DNA of 64,000 bases from Kofleriaceae bacterium. Lineage in GTDB: Bacteria; Myxococcota_A; Polyangia; Haliangiales; Haliangiaceae. The notes beneath the pieces are model-generated. The model saw only the letters and a program-made list of their open reading frames with translations. It was not told where the DNA came from and did no database searches. The translations under genes were made by a program, and so were the position numbers. Within the stretch, counting starts at the first letter, position 1. Each line of letters opens with the position of its first letter. Shown here piece after piece: positions 15,601 through 25,900 of the stretch. The stretch lies in contig CBDCWZ010000010.1 of the NCBI GenBank assembly GCA_965223575.1, forward strand, positions 1 through 64,000. Direction: 5' to 3'.

Positions 15601-17248
15601 CGCGATCAAACAGCAACTCTGTTGGCGCGCGCTGGGCCCCCTGCCCTGAACGGACAAACGCGATCTTTCCCAGTAAGCCACGACTCTGCTCATCGTCAGC
15701 AAATGCATCGCACCGCGCCTCGAGCCACTGATAGAAAGCACGGCGGATTTCGCCGTCGGCAAAAACGGTGCTGGCGTGGCCGGGAGTATCGACCAGCGCG
15801 GCGAGAACCTGCCGCGGATTGGCTTTGCCGACCGCATCCGCGTCGGCGGCATGGACGATCGCCGACCATCGCGGATGTCCGATCCTTTTGGCGAATGGAA
15901 GCTCGGCGCAGAATACAAGCTCATGTTCATCGCCGAGGAGCAGATCGCCCGGCACGAGTTCACCGACGAGATTGACTCCAACCGGCAGAGTTTCAAGAGT
16001 TGGACAGGACTCCGCAGCTCGGCCACGAACGAAGGCGACGGCAACCGCTGCTGCTCGCTCCGGTGTCGCCAGGAGCTCGGCCTGTTCGGCTACCGGGGTT
16101 CCCACCTTGGCGATGCGTGATAGTGCTCGCTCAAACGCAGTCAGAGGATTCGAGAAAGTGAGCCACGGCTCGAGTTGCTCAGCCTGCACGTCAGCTTCCG
16201 CCAAGAGCAAGCTCGCTTCGTCGTCATCGAGCGAACTTGACCACAACACGAAAGTATCGTCCTCAACCCAGCGAGTGATGTCCCGGCGGCGAAGGACTTT
16301 TGAGGCGGGCAACAGACCTTGTCGTGTCGGCCAGATCGGTAGTGCGTGCAACGCATCGACGTGCTCTTCCGCCAATCCCGGTAGTTGGTCGCGACTGTTG
16401 ATGAGGGCTTGGCGCAACGCCCATGGATCTGCATCGGGCGCTAGGCCGCCCCCCGCCACCTTGAGTAGATCCACAAAGCTCGCCGGCGGGCGACCAGCCG
16501 CTGCAAGAAAGACTTCCAGTCGGCGAGCCTCTGTCTCGGAAAGCAATGGTAATGCGGTGCCAGCAAACGCTTCGCGCAACTCCGCCGGCACGTGATGCGC
16601 AGAGTTAGCGGCCGGTGCGTCCCAACTGGCCAGTGGCCTGAATACACTGTCGTCACATTGAAAGATCGCAGCGTCGCACACACGGGCCAGGCGTACGCCG
16701 GGAAGATGGCGGCCCGCAGCCGCGAGCAAGTCCGCGATCGCGGACCGTACGTCAATATCCGCGACCGGTAGTGTAGACGTGGCATCACGGTTCTTGGCAG
16801 CGGGCTGCGTCGTCGCAGCGACGAGATCGTCCAAGGCAGTACCGAAGTTCGGGATAACGACCAAATGATCGAGAGCAAGAGCGCGCGCCAGATGCTGAGG
16901 ACTGCCAGGCTCAGTTCCTTCGGTAATGGTGGGCCGATAAGGCCAGCGCTCGTAGAGCGCAGCTACGGCGGGCTCTGTACTGGAATGGCGAAGCTGATGG
17001 ATCGGATAACGACTGCCATCCTCGCTCCGCCAGATCGGCGCAGCCGCCAGTGCCGCGATGGTTGTGGGACTGAGCGCCTCGCGGTGCGTTGCGAGATAAG
17101 CAAAGGCGGCATCTTGGAAGCGAACGTCTTCCTCGCCACCCAAAAGGGCGTTTGCCACTGAGTCGGCATCGACGATCTTGACACCAAGTTTTGCGACGTA
17201 TGGTAGTTCGGCAATGTCGCGGCGGACCCACGCACGCTGGGGCCACAA
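12677..17248 (-). CDS. C-terminal ~1,500 aa of a giant protein: Ala/Leu-rich helical region, Pro/Arg-rich low-complexity linker, C-terminal transglutaminase-like Cys protease domain; probably one gene with 16963-19992 via a frameshift near 17230-17260
   Basis: C-terminus GVCYELNALACELLRRAGIPAVVATGW…DHLWAMAL…D (Cys-His-Asp TGase core); N-terminus of this frame (…DIAELPYVAKLGVKIVDADS) is protein-like and continues where the upstream frame degenerates. Confidence 0.6.
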   Translation of the reverse strand: MWPQRAWVRRDIAELPYVAKLGVKIVDADSVANALLGGEEDVRFQDAAFAYLATHREALSPTTIAALAAAPIWRSEDGSRYPIHQLRHSSTEPAVAALYERWPYRPTITEGTEPGSPQHLARALALDHLVVIPNFGTALDDLVAATTQPAAKNRDATSTLPVADIDVRSAIADLLAAAGRHLPGVRLARVCDAAIFQCDDSVFRPLASWDAPAANSAHHVPAELREAFAGTALPLLSETEARRLEVFLAAAGRPPASFVDLLKVAGGGLAPDADPWALRQALINSRDQLPGLAEEHVDALHALPIWPTRQGLLPASKVLRRRDITRWVEDDTFVLWSSSLDDDEASLLLAEADVQAEQLEPWLTFSNPLTAFERALSRIAKVGTPVAEQAELLATPERAAAVAVAFVRGRAAESCPTLETLPVGVNLVGELVPGDLLLGDEHELVFCAELPFAKRIGHPRWSAIVHAADADAVGKANPRQVLAALVDTPGHASTVFADGEIRRAFYQWLEARCDAFADDEQSRGLLGKIAFVRSGQGAQRAPTELLFDRELPDLGIDWNPADELPSRLVTWLRAAYRPATKQLRPLSDKLLDAADAAIDARDGDRLASIIAHLARALRPDQEGFGDRVRRLQLRKRLRVESASGEFKRPRTLLASTPHDGDLIARFADPMPQRVSRRYEAAETVALLVAAGADAELSEDALRSFLDGNALKPGPDAKVALACYVAGLGHRIPELRNALALRDRTWLVDQNGTPHRPEALYWPSDNLTDLIGEREDRLVHPEVVHRVPNAHEWIGTRDSASADLEDVLATIAAQPPASSEVLAWLNAGLTSGSIDGTKLRDALSHVPMLVDDLGVLRRPGEVVIEGARYRFGDQRGDWSRGAQLGRLASALRIARRPGKRDVVSFISELCATVDWADGVAKAEGKLWAERLPRCLDLLVDSGGHKPPQLAVACHRHEELYVCLLPEAAARIRFAGDEGVGEFEIVLADGAQHSAWASYLAHYGVVSSIGARETSRPPSVVENATGPTIQETFQHGAEPEESAKPKPSEPSPPKGEEGPGFLTRMRQWLRGNDKQDEETKPRPDRRDSTKSEPSSFAPPPAGGPSGSRSQRRPPPARRDPKRDRRWFRSRSNLEEQLADGTGWLADRQRAGTFGLAHSPASLPLPYQYAPQVLYAGFSSWSQSWQRFVGDGSWFRGTDSVGRVRLRGKLPGGEAVIPVPLFGQVSLLQADGMGNGLDHLVDAAGLSVWLNKEDAVVTVEVELFEPPNMENGDRPRRAPRALLEPTVADAELPDEVHDIAASARNETDVLTAAETVRSFIRERYVYDPTYLEDPSVAAWLRQRSRGRSNVHVAALHASSDADTLGRGVCYELNALACELLRRAGIPAVVATGWTFDRGFVDEPDHLWAMALVETNDGSRWLPVDAASTREGRPLRVGPRPPGPWKAPAPTGKPAQRPRWLPVRASRKRKSAVPISDLFRVARYLEKTTDAYLGNRAELLAACETLLRDPERSKVLAKLLAELDERQ

Positions 17249-19992
17249 CGACTCGATTTCTTTATCGGCGGCAATCTCAGCAGCCCTTCGCCCCGCAACG
17301 GGCAGAGCTTGGCTGTCGCGGTCGGAAAAATGTCCGCGGCCGCGACCCGCTCAAACAGGGCTGCACTGATCTCACTCGCTTGCTCGTCGATGGCTCCATG
17401 AAGTAGGGCCACTTGCTCATGGGCGAAAGCGAGCTCGCCCCGCTCGAGGAGTGCAAGCGCTGCACGTAAATCCAGCAAAGGCGTACCGAGATCCGACAGC
17501 CCCGGACCCCACCGGTCTTCGATCTCCCGGCTCACCAGTGGAGGCCGCGTTTCAGCGTCGCGTACAAGATCTGCCAACGCGCCTTCGCCAGTCAGAAACG
17601 CGAGACCAACGCGGGCCCAATCGGCGCGGTCTGTGGGCACGAGAACCGCCTGATCGATACCAGACCGTTGGCCCAGAGGGGCAGCCAAGACGAGTTCCAT
17701 GATCGGATCGAGACCAGCAGCTTCGACCGCGGCGAGCGCCGCTTTCGGATCGGCAAGTCGCGAAATGAGATCCGCCACGGTTGCGCGTGGAACGCCAAGT
17801 CGCCTGACGAATGGTCGACACTCGGACGTGTCGAGTTCAGGCGCAAGCATTGGGCACAAGGGGCGCAGAGCGCTGGCGAGCACGCCACTTCCACGCAGAA
17901 GCTCGGTGGGGGAGCGTGCGCGGCCGGCGTGATCGGGTAAGCAGGGAAGTAACCGTAGGGGGGCGAGGTCGATGTCGGTAGCGCCGAGAGCGACAGCAAG
18001 CTCTGGAAGGTGCTCACGCCAGGGCGCCGAAAAGGCCGCACCAGATACTTGCGCTTCTGCTTCTCGGGCGAGCAACGCAACAACGCTGGACCAAGCGAGA
18101 TCCCGTGCACCCAGTTCTTTCGCGACTTGTTGATGGCGCGCACTGAGTACGTCAACAAGTCGCCTTTCATCCGCGATAACCAGCCCAGCAAGCGCACGCA
18201 CCACACCAGTATCGGCGCAGAGCAGAGCCTCCAACGGCGCGAGCCATCCGCCCCCAGCTGCGGGCAAGAACGCCACGGGCGCAACCTTGGCGGCGATTGA
18301 CTCATAAGCCGGATCTCCAAGCTCCGAGGGTAAGGAGAGGAGGTCGAGCAGTGAACTCGAACCTTGTTGCTCCTGATTGGTGAGCGTGGAAATGAGCTCG
18401 GCGAAGAGCTCGCCCGCTTGGTCGATTGCCCAGCGGTTCCACGGAGATGAAAGGTCCAGTCTCTCTCGATCTACGGGCAGGTCGAAGTGCGCGTGTAACA
18501 GCATTCGCAGGCCCGAGCGTTCGTTGGTAGGAAGGTAGCTGTACACGGTGGGCCGATCGCCCAAAGGCTCCGGCGTACCATCACCGGCCAACGCAATTGC
18601 GACCAACACAGGTGTGGCCGTTGTGCGGCTGGCATCGCGGGGGCCCTCGTAGCGGCATTCTCGTGAGCCAAGAAAGTAGGAGCGAGCGGCGTTGTTGTCG
18701 CGCAGGGTCACGTACTGATCATCCGCACCATGGCGAACGACGGAGCGTCTGCGACTGCCGTACCGTACATGAATCTCTCGCAACGAGTTTAGAGTTAGGA
18801 GCACTTCCGCTGGCAAATCTGCCATTCGTCCGAATAGGCGTTCTCCAGAGCGAGTCTCGTCAGTTGGGTCGCGTAGAGGCAGAATCAGCAACGTACGGTC
18901 CGGTGCGAGACCCGAGCGAGCTTTGAGCGGACGGGGAATCGAGACATCCGCAATCTCGAAGGCGTAGGCGCCAGAGTAGACCTGGGGACGCTCGCAAATC
19001 TCGTAGACCGACTTGAATCCGACACCGAAGAAACCGATTTGGTCTTTGCTCTTCGTCGTCTGGCCAATGGAAAGGAGACCGACAACGTCGCGAGCGTCAA
19101 AGGGGGCGCCGTCGTGCTCGACCTCGACGCGATCCTCTTCGAGACGCAGGTGCCACACACGAGCGCCCGCGTCGTCGGCGTTTTGTAGAAGCTCGATGAG
19201 AAAGTGCCCGGGGTCGGTATAGATCTGACGTGAGAGAAGCTGCTCTGCGTTGGCCTGGCTCAAAGACTTGGGTTGCGCCTCTAGTGTGTCTAGCAGTTCT
19301 GCCGCGAAACTAGCCAGTCGCGCGTTCCACGCTTCACTCACGTCCGCGTTCGCGGCTATTGCTGCCAGCTCGACAGTGTTTGCGCCGGGTATGCGCATAA
19401 GCTCGCGATCGCCAATTCTGTCTAGGGCCCCGGTACCCAGTGCTTCGCGACAGATGTTCAAGGCCCCGTCCACCATAGAACTGCGTGCCGATGGCGCGAC
19501 GTTCTTGAGCCACCGATCGATGACGGCAAAGGCCGTGATGCGCGTGGCCGGCAGTTCTGCAGCACACCGCACGAGAGCTTCAGCGAATTCAATCACAGCC
19601 GGCGCCCCCTCGAGCGCGCGCAAAACCCTCCGAAGGCCAGTGTCGGGTAGTGCTGTAACCACGCTCGCGATTGAGTCCGCTGAGCCGACGAGCTCGCCGC
19701 TAACCGCGAGATTCGCCAGCATCCGTGCCAGGGGTTCGTGATCGCGAAAGGAGGCAAGTTCAGTGACCAGATCGGGTCCACGCCCCTGGCGAAGAGCTTC
19801 GTCAATGGCGACAATCTGCTCGGGAAACGGCAACCGCCGTAGTGCTGATGGCTCGCTGGTCAACTGGGCCAATCTACCAGCATGATCAGAGTAAGGCCAT
19901 ACCGGCAGCCACAGGCGTATTGTCACCCAAAGGGGCCGCTCGAAAGACGCGATCCGCGGCGTATTCGTCGGGCGATCACCATGCTGTTCCAT
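16963..19992 (-). CDS. N-terminal part of the giant protein: sacsin/Hsp90-like GHKL ATPase domain; last ~100 codons of this frame look non-coding, so the true reading frame probably shifts into 12677-17248
   Basis: SRQIYTDPGHFLIELLQNADDAGA (GHKL N-box as in the sacsin SRR/Hsp90-like ATPase), then GLLSIGQTTK, GFFGVGFKSVYEI; true start codon unclear (ORF start overlaps terminase fragments). Confidence 0.6.
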   Translation of the reverse strand: MEQHGDRPTNTPRIASFERPLWVTIRLWLPVWPYSDHAGRLAQLTSEPSALRRLPFPEQIVAIDEALRQGRGPDLVTELASFRDHEPLARMLANLAVSGELVGSADSIASVVTALPDTGLRRVLRALEGAPAVIEFAEALVRCAAELPATRITAFAVIDRWLKNVAPSARSSMVDGALNICREALGTGALDRIGDRELMRIPGANTVELAAIAANADVSEAWNARLASFAAELLDTLEAQPKSLSQANAEQLLSRQIYTDPGHFLIELLQNADDAGARVWHLRLEEDRVEVEHDGAPFDARDVVGLLSIGQTTKSKDQIGFFGVGFKSVYEICERPQVYSGAYAFEIADVSIPRPLKARSGLAPDRTLLILPLRDPTDETRSGERLFGRMADLPAEVLLTLNSLREIHVRYGSRRRSVVRHGADDQYVTLRDNNAARSYFLGSRECRYEGPRDASRTTATPVLVAIALAGDGTPEPLGDRPTVYSYLPTNERSGLRMLLHAHFDLPVDRERLDLSSPWNRWAIDQAGELFAELISTLTNQEQQGSSSLLDLLSLPSELGDPAYESIAAKVAPVAFLPAAGGGWLAPLEALLCADTGVVRALAGLVIADERRLVDVLSARHQQVAKELGARDLAWSSVVALLAREAEAQVSGAAFSAPWREHLPELAVALGATDIDLAPLRLLPCLPDHAGRARSPTELLRGSGVLASALRPLCPMLAPELDTSECRPFVRRLGVPRATVADLISRLADPKAALAAVEAAGLDPIMELVLAAPLGQRSGIDQAVLVPTDRADWARVGLAFLTGEGALADLVRDAETRPPLVSREIEDRWGPGLSDLGTPLLDLRAALALLERGELAFAHEQVALLHGAIDEQASEISAALFERVAAADIFPTATAKLCPLRGEGLLRLPPIKKSSRCGPSVRGSAATLPNYHTSQNLVSRSSMPTQWQTPFWVARKTFASKMPPLLISQRTARRSVPQPSRHWRLRRSGGARMAVVIRSISFAIPVQSPP

Positions 19993-20473
19993 GCATGGGC
20001 GAGTGCATCGACCTGGTCGTCGTAGCGATCACGAACGCCGGGGAAGGCGTTGAGTTCGGCGAGGAAGTCGGGTAGCCAAGGCGCTGCAGTCGGGACATAG
20101 ACGCGCCCGTCGTTCCACCGAGCGGGTCATTGCCCTCGGCCAGCGCGGGCAGGTTGATGACCTCCCAGGAGCCCGTCTGTTCGAGGCGACCGATGAGGTC
20201 GTCTTGATGCCACCGGGTCTGGATGACGATCACGGAGGCGCCTTAGAGCCTGGTGAACACGACTTCGTTGAACCATTGCCAAACGGTCTCGCGACGCAAG
20301 GCGCTGTCAGCTTCCTCGCGGTTCTTGAGCGCGTCGTCCACGACCATCAAGCCCGACACACCCTGCCCTGTGAGTCCGCCACCGGCGCCACCCGCAAGGA
20401 GGCCACCGCTATGGAGGGTTCGCCACTCGGAGAGATTGTGAGAGTCACTGGCCAACTCGACACCAGCATCCAA
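19976..20473 (-). pseudogene. phage terminase large-subunit gene fragments (frameshifted)
   Basis: IVIQTRWHQDDLIGRL (terminase ATPase WH[E/Q]DDL motif) and ETVWQWFNEVVFTRL in adjacent frames. Confidence 0.5.
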
Positions 20474-20513
20474 AGCCAGCCGGCGAGCAATACGTGACTT
20501 CGACTTGGCGAGG

Positions 20514-20870
20514 TCATCGTTGTAGATTGCCGGCTACATAGAGTTGCGAGGAATCGTCAGTCGACCTCCGGTACCGCCGTTTGCGAAAGGCATAGAGGCC
20601 CATTTCTCGCATGATTCGAGCGACGCGGTGACGACCAGCAATGCAGCCTCGCTCTCGCAGCGCGTGAGTCATACGCGGGCTCCCATAGCTGTGGCGGGTT
20701 TCTTCGAAGATTTCCTCGATGTGCTCGCGCAGGTCTGCGTTTTGCTCGTCTCGGTTACACGGGCCTCGCGTGAGCCATGCGTAGTACCCGCTCCGTGAAA
20801 CTTCAAGAGCGTCGCATAACGCACGGATGCCGTATTTTGCCTTCTGCGCGTGAACGAATGCATATCTCAC
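20514..20870 (-). pseudogene. IS3-family transposase OrfB N-terminal fragment
   Basis: YGSPRMTHALRERG…RHRVARIMREMGL (HTH_21 region of IS3 InsF-like); integrase core absent. Confidence 0.6.
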
Positions 20871-21412
20871 TCGTTTTCGCTCGCACAGAAGGCCGCGAAC
20901 TTTTTTAGAATTTCACGCTCTGTCTCAAGTTTTGCCACCCGCTTGTGTGTCCCCTGTTCTACGGTGACGTGACCGGTCAACGCCCGCCGAACGACTGGAT
21001 CAATTTTCGCTCGGCGAATTATATCGGAAAACGTGTAGCTTAATCCATTGGGCGTAAATCGCTTGGCAGGATGCTTGGCGTCCTCAGGGTGCCCACGCTT
21101 GATGGGAACATCCAACCCGTCTGAATACCAGCGGATTGTTGTTTTGATCATTGCACGTCGATGTTCACGGAGAATATCAGCAACTTCCGACTCCACTGGA
21201 TACTCTTTGGGGGCTCTTTTTTTGTTTGTAACTTTTCCAATTCTACCACGCACTTGTTTGCGTCTAATGTGCAACACACTATGCTCATCATCCCAGTCCT
21301 CCCAGCGCAGAGCACTCGCGTGACAAAATCTCAACCCGGTATAGGCAAGCACCACCACCAAGGCAAAATGTTGCGGAAACCGATCTCGCATCGCCACAAG
21401 AAACTGCATCAA
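20867..21412 (-). pseudogene. tyrosine recombinase (phage integrase) C-terminal catalytic fragment
   Basis: LAYTGLRFCHASALRWEDW…HIRRKQVRG…LTGHV…; 181 aa, lacks N-terminal SAM-like domain. Confidence 0.65.
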
Positions 21413-21960
21413 CTCATCGGCTGTCAGAGTGTTCGGTTCTTTGTTCTTGTTAGAGTGTTCGGTTCTTTGTCAACTTGGTTAGTGTCGGGTACAACAACAC
21501 CGACCGTCGGATCTCCTTCAAGTCGAAATTTCTTGACTGCATCCTTTGTCATCGTCCGAGTCCCCTGGTTTATTCAGGAAGCTTATCAAAATGAAATGCG
21601 CCAGGGCGAATGCGGTAACTGGCAGAATAACTTTCGAGTTGCAAGGTACTAAGAGTCGTCAGAGATTTTCTGATGGTTGTTGCGAAGCTAGTTGGCCAGG
21701 GGCAGATTTCTGGATTGCCGATCAATATGATGCCAGACGTGCAGTGTCGTGCATCCGTAGTTTACTGACAATGCTTTGTTGGCACCTGATTCACTCAAAC
21801 TACGGATTTTTGTGAAGTAGAATTGGCCATTTTTGAGGGTAACGGGTTAGTTTGGAAGTATACTATACGGATAGACCATAGAATGAGATCCATGAAATGA
21901 ATGTTTGTTTTAGGAATGACATAGTAAGATTTGCGGTTCTTGGATGGCTAGTTATGGGAT

Positions 21961-22662
21961 GTGGAGGAGGTGGGGACGGATGAGGTTGGTGACTGTGGCG
22001 AAATCAAATGCCATGAGCCGTTCGTCTGTTTGGAATGCCAAGATGCATCTGAGTGCATCGAGGAAAACTTAGGGGAGTCAAGTTGCATGAGTCCTTCGAG
22101 TAAGCGACCCGACTGTCAGGGCACTCCCGATGGACAGCTGGTACCTTTCCAAATCGTAGGAAATCGACCCCTACATTGGCCTCTTGAAGCCGGTTGTATC
22201 GCTACTTCATACCACTCTAATATCGCAGATCGGGTTGATGCCATTACTGCCGCTCTTCAAGCTTGGGAGGATATATCGTGTAGTCAAATTTGTTTTGAGG
22301 ATTTGGTTCAGAGGGACGATGCCCCGGATGTTCCTTCAGCCGAAAGACGAATTCACTTTTATGTTGGCGACATTTCAGTAGGAGATGTTCCTGCTCTTAC
22401 CGAGCTTAAGCACGAAACAAAGCCTAACACTGGATGGATTCTCAATGCGCATGTGATTATTCGCTCCAAAGACGATCCGAAGTACGAGCCTATTAGTGAT
22501 TTGCTGTTTCTCACATATGTTGGTTTTGCGATTGGGTTGGAAACTACCTTTGAGACAGAAGACAGTATCATGTCTGTCCTTCGTTCGTCTGAAACCATTA
22601 CTACAAATGACGAGACAGCAGTCTGTACGCTTTATGGAACCCCCTCTTACTGTGGGGATTAG
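21961..22662 (+). CDS. Cys-rich hypothetical protein in an AT-rich patch (21.4-22.9 kb)
   Basis: 233-aa ORF, 14 Cys; local GC well below window average suggests foreign origin. Confidence 0.35.
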   Translation: MEEVGTDEVGDCGEIKCHEPFVCLECQDASECIEENLGESSCMSPSSKRPDCQGTPDGQLVPFQIVGNRPLHWPLEAGCIATSYHSNIADRVDAITAALQAWEDISCSQICFEDLVQRDDAPDVPSAERRIHFYVGDISVGDVPALTELKHETKPNTGWILNAHVIIRSKDDPKYEPISDLLFLTYVGFAIGLETTFETEDSIMSVLRSSETITTNDETAVCTLYGTPSYCGD

Positions 22663-22951
22663 AAAAAGGTCTTCCACTTCTTCTTCGTTACTTTGGCCCC
22701 ATTGACTATCATGCCCGGAGCTTCACCCACGTGTATAGTCATGTTCCTCGTTTTTGGGCGGACCTTACCTGCGTGCGTAATGTTACGAGTTGGACGATGT
22801 TAGAAACGGGGCCACAGCTCCAGCGTCTACCCTCGCGGGACTCCATGCGTAGGGAGGCTAGTCGAGCAAGCATAATTTTTCACCCATTACCAGATTGAGA
22901 TTGCGAGATTTGAAATGCCAAAGCGACTGATGTTTCAAGACCATCATCCTC

Positions 22952-25900
22952 GTGACCGGTCGGCGGCGAATCGGCAAAACTACTTTGATTCAGAAGGCCC
23001 TCGGGTCTGAACGGAAACACGGGGTTTTTTACATCCAAATTCCCGACTCAGGTCCTGCTGGTGTTCTGTCTGGAATTGCAGACGCTATGGATACTTTTGC
23101 GATTAATGAGGACGCCTTTCCTCGGCCAACGAATCTATCGCAGCTCGCCAGCATAGTGGGCCAACTGGCGCGCGCGGGCTATATTGTAGCGCTCGATGAG
23201 TTTCAGTATTTCAATCGTGCGAGACTGAAGGACTTCTGCTCACTGCTTCAGAGCGAGGTCGACAGACTATCGTCAGATGCCGAGAAGTATGCGCCCAATG
23301 CGCCCCATGTAGCATGAATCATCTGGCGGCAGTATTGTCGCTACATGGAACCATGCGGTTCAACAAACTCGATCGGTTTATTCCTGATCGACAATCTTCT
23401 CAGCGAGCCATTGAGCAGGGGTAGCGGTTCTCAGCTGGTTGGCGGAGATGCCGGCGGCGATTCTGTGAAAGATGTCTCTGAGATACTCGTAGGGGTTGGC
23501 GCCGACAAGGGTGCAGTTGAGCACAGCAGTCATGATGGTGGCGTAGCGTTGTCCTGCTTCGCGAGAGCCGACGAAGAGTGCATTTTTGCGAACCAGCGTA
23601 ACGATCCGGAGCGCACGCTCGACATGGGCATTGGAGATCGGCACCGAACCGAACTGCAAAAACAGGCCCAGGGCTTCGCGCTGCCGAGTCCAGTAGGTAA
23701 GCGCTTTGGCCAAGGGGGTACGAGATTTCCTCTGTTGGGCAAACTTGGCAACATAAGCATCGATGTCCGCAATCATGGCAACAGAATGTTGTTGACGAAG
23801 CGCGAGGCGTTGTTCGTCAGTCATCTGGTTGTCCTGGGCGTAACGCTCCACCTGATACAGTCTTGCCATCAAATCGATGACTGGTGCAGCTCGTTTGTCA
23901 CCACTGTCGAGCGCATGAACAAATTTTCTACGCGAATGGTCCATACAGCCAGCCTGCCGTGGTGGGGCCAATCCTCGATAGAGTTTTTTGATTCCCGCAT
24001 ATCCATCATGTTGCGTGTTGCCCTGAAATTCGGCGAGAAGTTTACAAGGGTAAATCCCTTTCCAGTCCGGCGAAAATTCACAATACGCGGTCCGCCCGCG
24101 ATCGCCCAAATAGATCCAAAATCGCCCACGCTGAATGTTTTTGGGATGGGCAGGATTTTGCATTGGCATGGGGGTATCGTCAAAGCTGATCAGTGCGCTC
24201 TTGAGTAGGTCTGTCTTGGCGCCTGGGTTAAAAACGGATAACAGCTCGGCCCCTTGCGCATACCACTGTCCCAATGTTTTGTCAGATAGCTCGATCCCGC
24301 GTCGCAGCAATGCGGTGCTTTGACGATACAGAGGCATCGCGTCGCAGACTTTGCTCGTCATGATTTGCGCCATCAGGCTGGGGGTTACCACGGAGCCTGG
24401 GATCAGTTTGGGCGTTAAATTCCCGCTGACAATGCCGTCTTTGCAGTCACGACACGCGTATTTATGAGCGCGTTCTTCGCGGACGAAGGCATGTTGCTGG
24501 TTCAAATTCTAGGTGCACTGTTTTGTCGAAACCAATGTGGTCCTTTTCGCGATTGCAGCCATTACAGTGGCGTTCCGAATCAGGGGGATGTTTGTCGTCG
24601 ATCACTCGCTCGAGATTGTCTAAATTTGTGGTCCGCTTCTTACGCTTTTTTCTCTTGTGAGCAGGAGTCTTCGATCGTTTCCTTTGGTAAGTCCGAAGGC
24701 CCCCTCGGCCACCATGTATTCTAGGAGCGCGAGTGACAACTGAGCCGGGGAGATTTTTTCTGAGCTCGGACGATATTTCGACGCAATCTGCCTCCGCATA
24801 CCATCGATTTCTTGTTTCATGCGCTCAATGATCGGCATGGCTTCGGCAAGAACTTCTTGGCCGGCTTCACGCTCCTTGTCCGTTGCCAGATTGGCAGTGA
24901 CCGAAACAAGAAATTCGTGAATCGATGCCGTATCGATAGAGCCTTCCCACGTCCCCACACCTCCTTGTATCACGCGTGTCCGACATTCTCACCTTTACGA
25001 AACTCTTGATTGCGATTGTTTTTCCGCGAAGAAGTTTCGCCAAATCCTCTGCTTTGATCTCGATCGTGTTCCTGATCTTGTTTGGGAATCGGAAATGTCC
25101 CAGACTCAAGTCGCTTCGCCAAAATGCAATATCCCTGCTGATCAAAAAACAAAATCTTGAGCAGATGACGCCGACGATTGGCAAATACGTATAGATGGCC
25201 GGTTTCTGGATCTGCGTCCAGCGCTTCACGAACAACCTTCGCAAGACCATCAAACTGTTTCCTCATGTCAACAGGATTCACTGCCACAAAAACGCGGACC
25301 TTCGTCGGTAGCGTTAACATGAGCCATCCAGAGAGTTTGCCCACTCGCAGACATTCTCGCCGATCCGACTTGGAACAAAACAATAAACGCCTGCCGTTTT
25401 TGAGAACGAGCTCGTAGCGGGGTTCTCCGCTCAAAGCAATCTCGTCACGAACCTTTACTTCAACAAATTCTGTCTGGCCAGATTGTTTTTCACGCCTCTG
25501 CCAACTCCATAACGCAGACGCCGAGATCCCATGATGTTTGCCAAATTCTACCGCAGACCGATTGCTCTTCTGCCATGCGCGGAGAATCTTTCGCTGCTCT
25601 GCACGACTTCTTTGAATCCGTTTTTGCATTCCATGCGGTTTAACTCGACAGGCTGCTGCGCGAAACATGGGGCTCACGGGGCGCATACGCCGAGAACGTC
25701 TCTGGGGGGACTGCTCGTTCTGGGATCCATTCACACCGAGATGTCCACGCTTCTAGAAGATCGGAGCGCTCCGTTATTCAATCGCACCACCGACGAAATC
25801 GCGCTATCTCACCTGGACGTTGGTTCCCTAATCAAATTGCTGGACGCGCATACTGATTCGACGCCAGAGCGACTGTTATTTCTTTGGAATATGTTCGAGG

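Noticed and set aside
12358-16595. Several long plus-strand ORFs (12358-13089, 13744-14340, 13847-14257, 15768-16595, 15776-16120, 19250-19741 and others) antisense to or overlapping the giant minus-strand gene
   Set aside because: High-GC DNA produces long spurious ORFs in non-coding frames. Their translations are Arg/Ala/Ser/Pro-rich low-complexity strings with no motifs. They lie entirely inside a better-supported gene.
21161-21652. 163-aa ORF antisense to the integrase fragment
   Set aside because: It is opposite a recognisable integrase coding frame. Composition is low-complexity.
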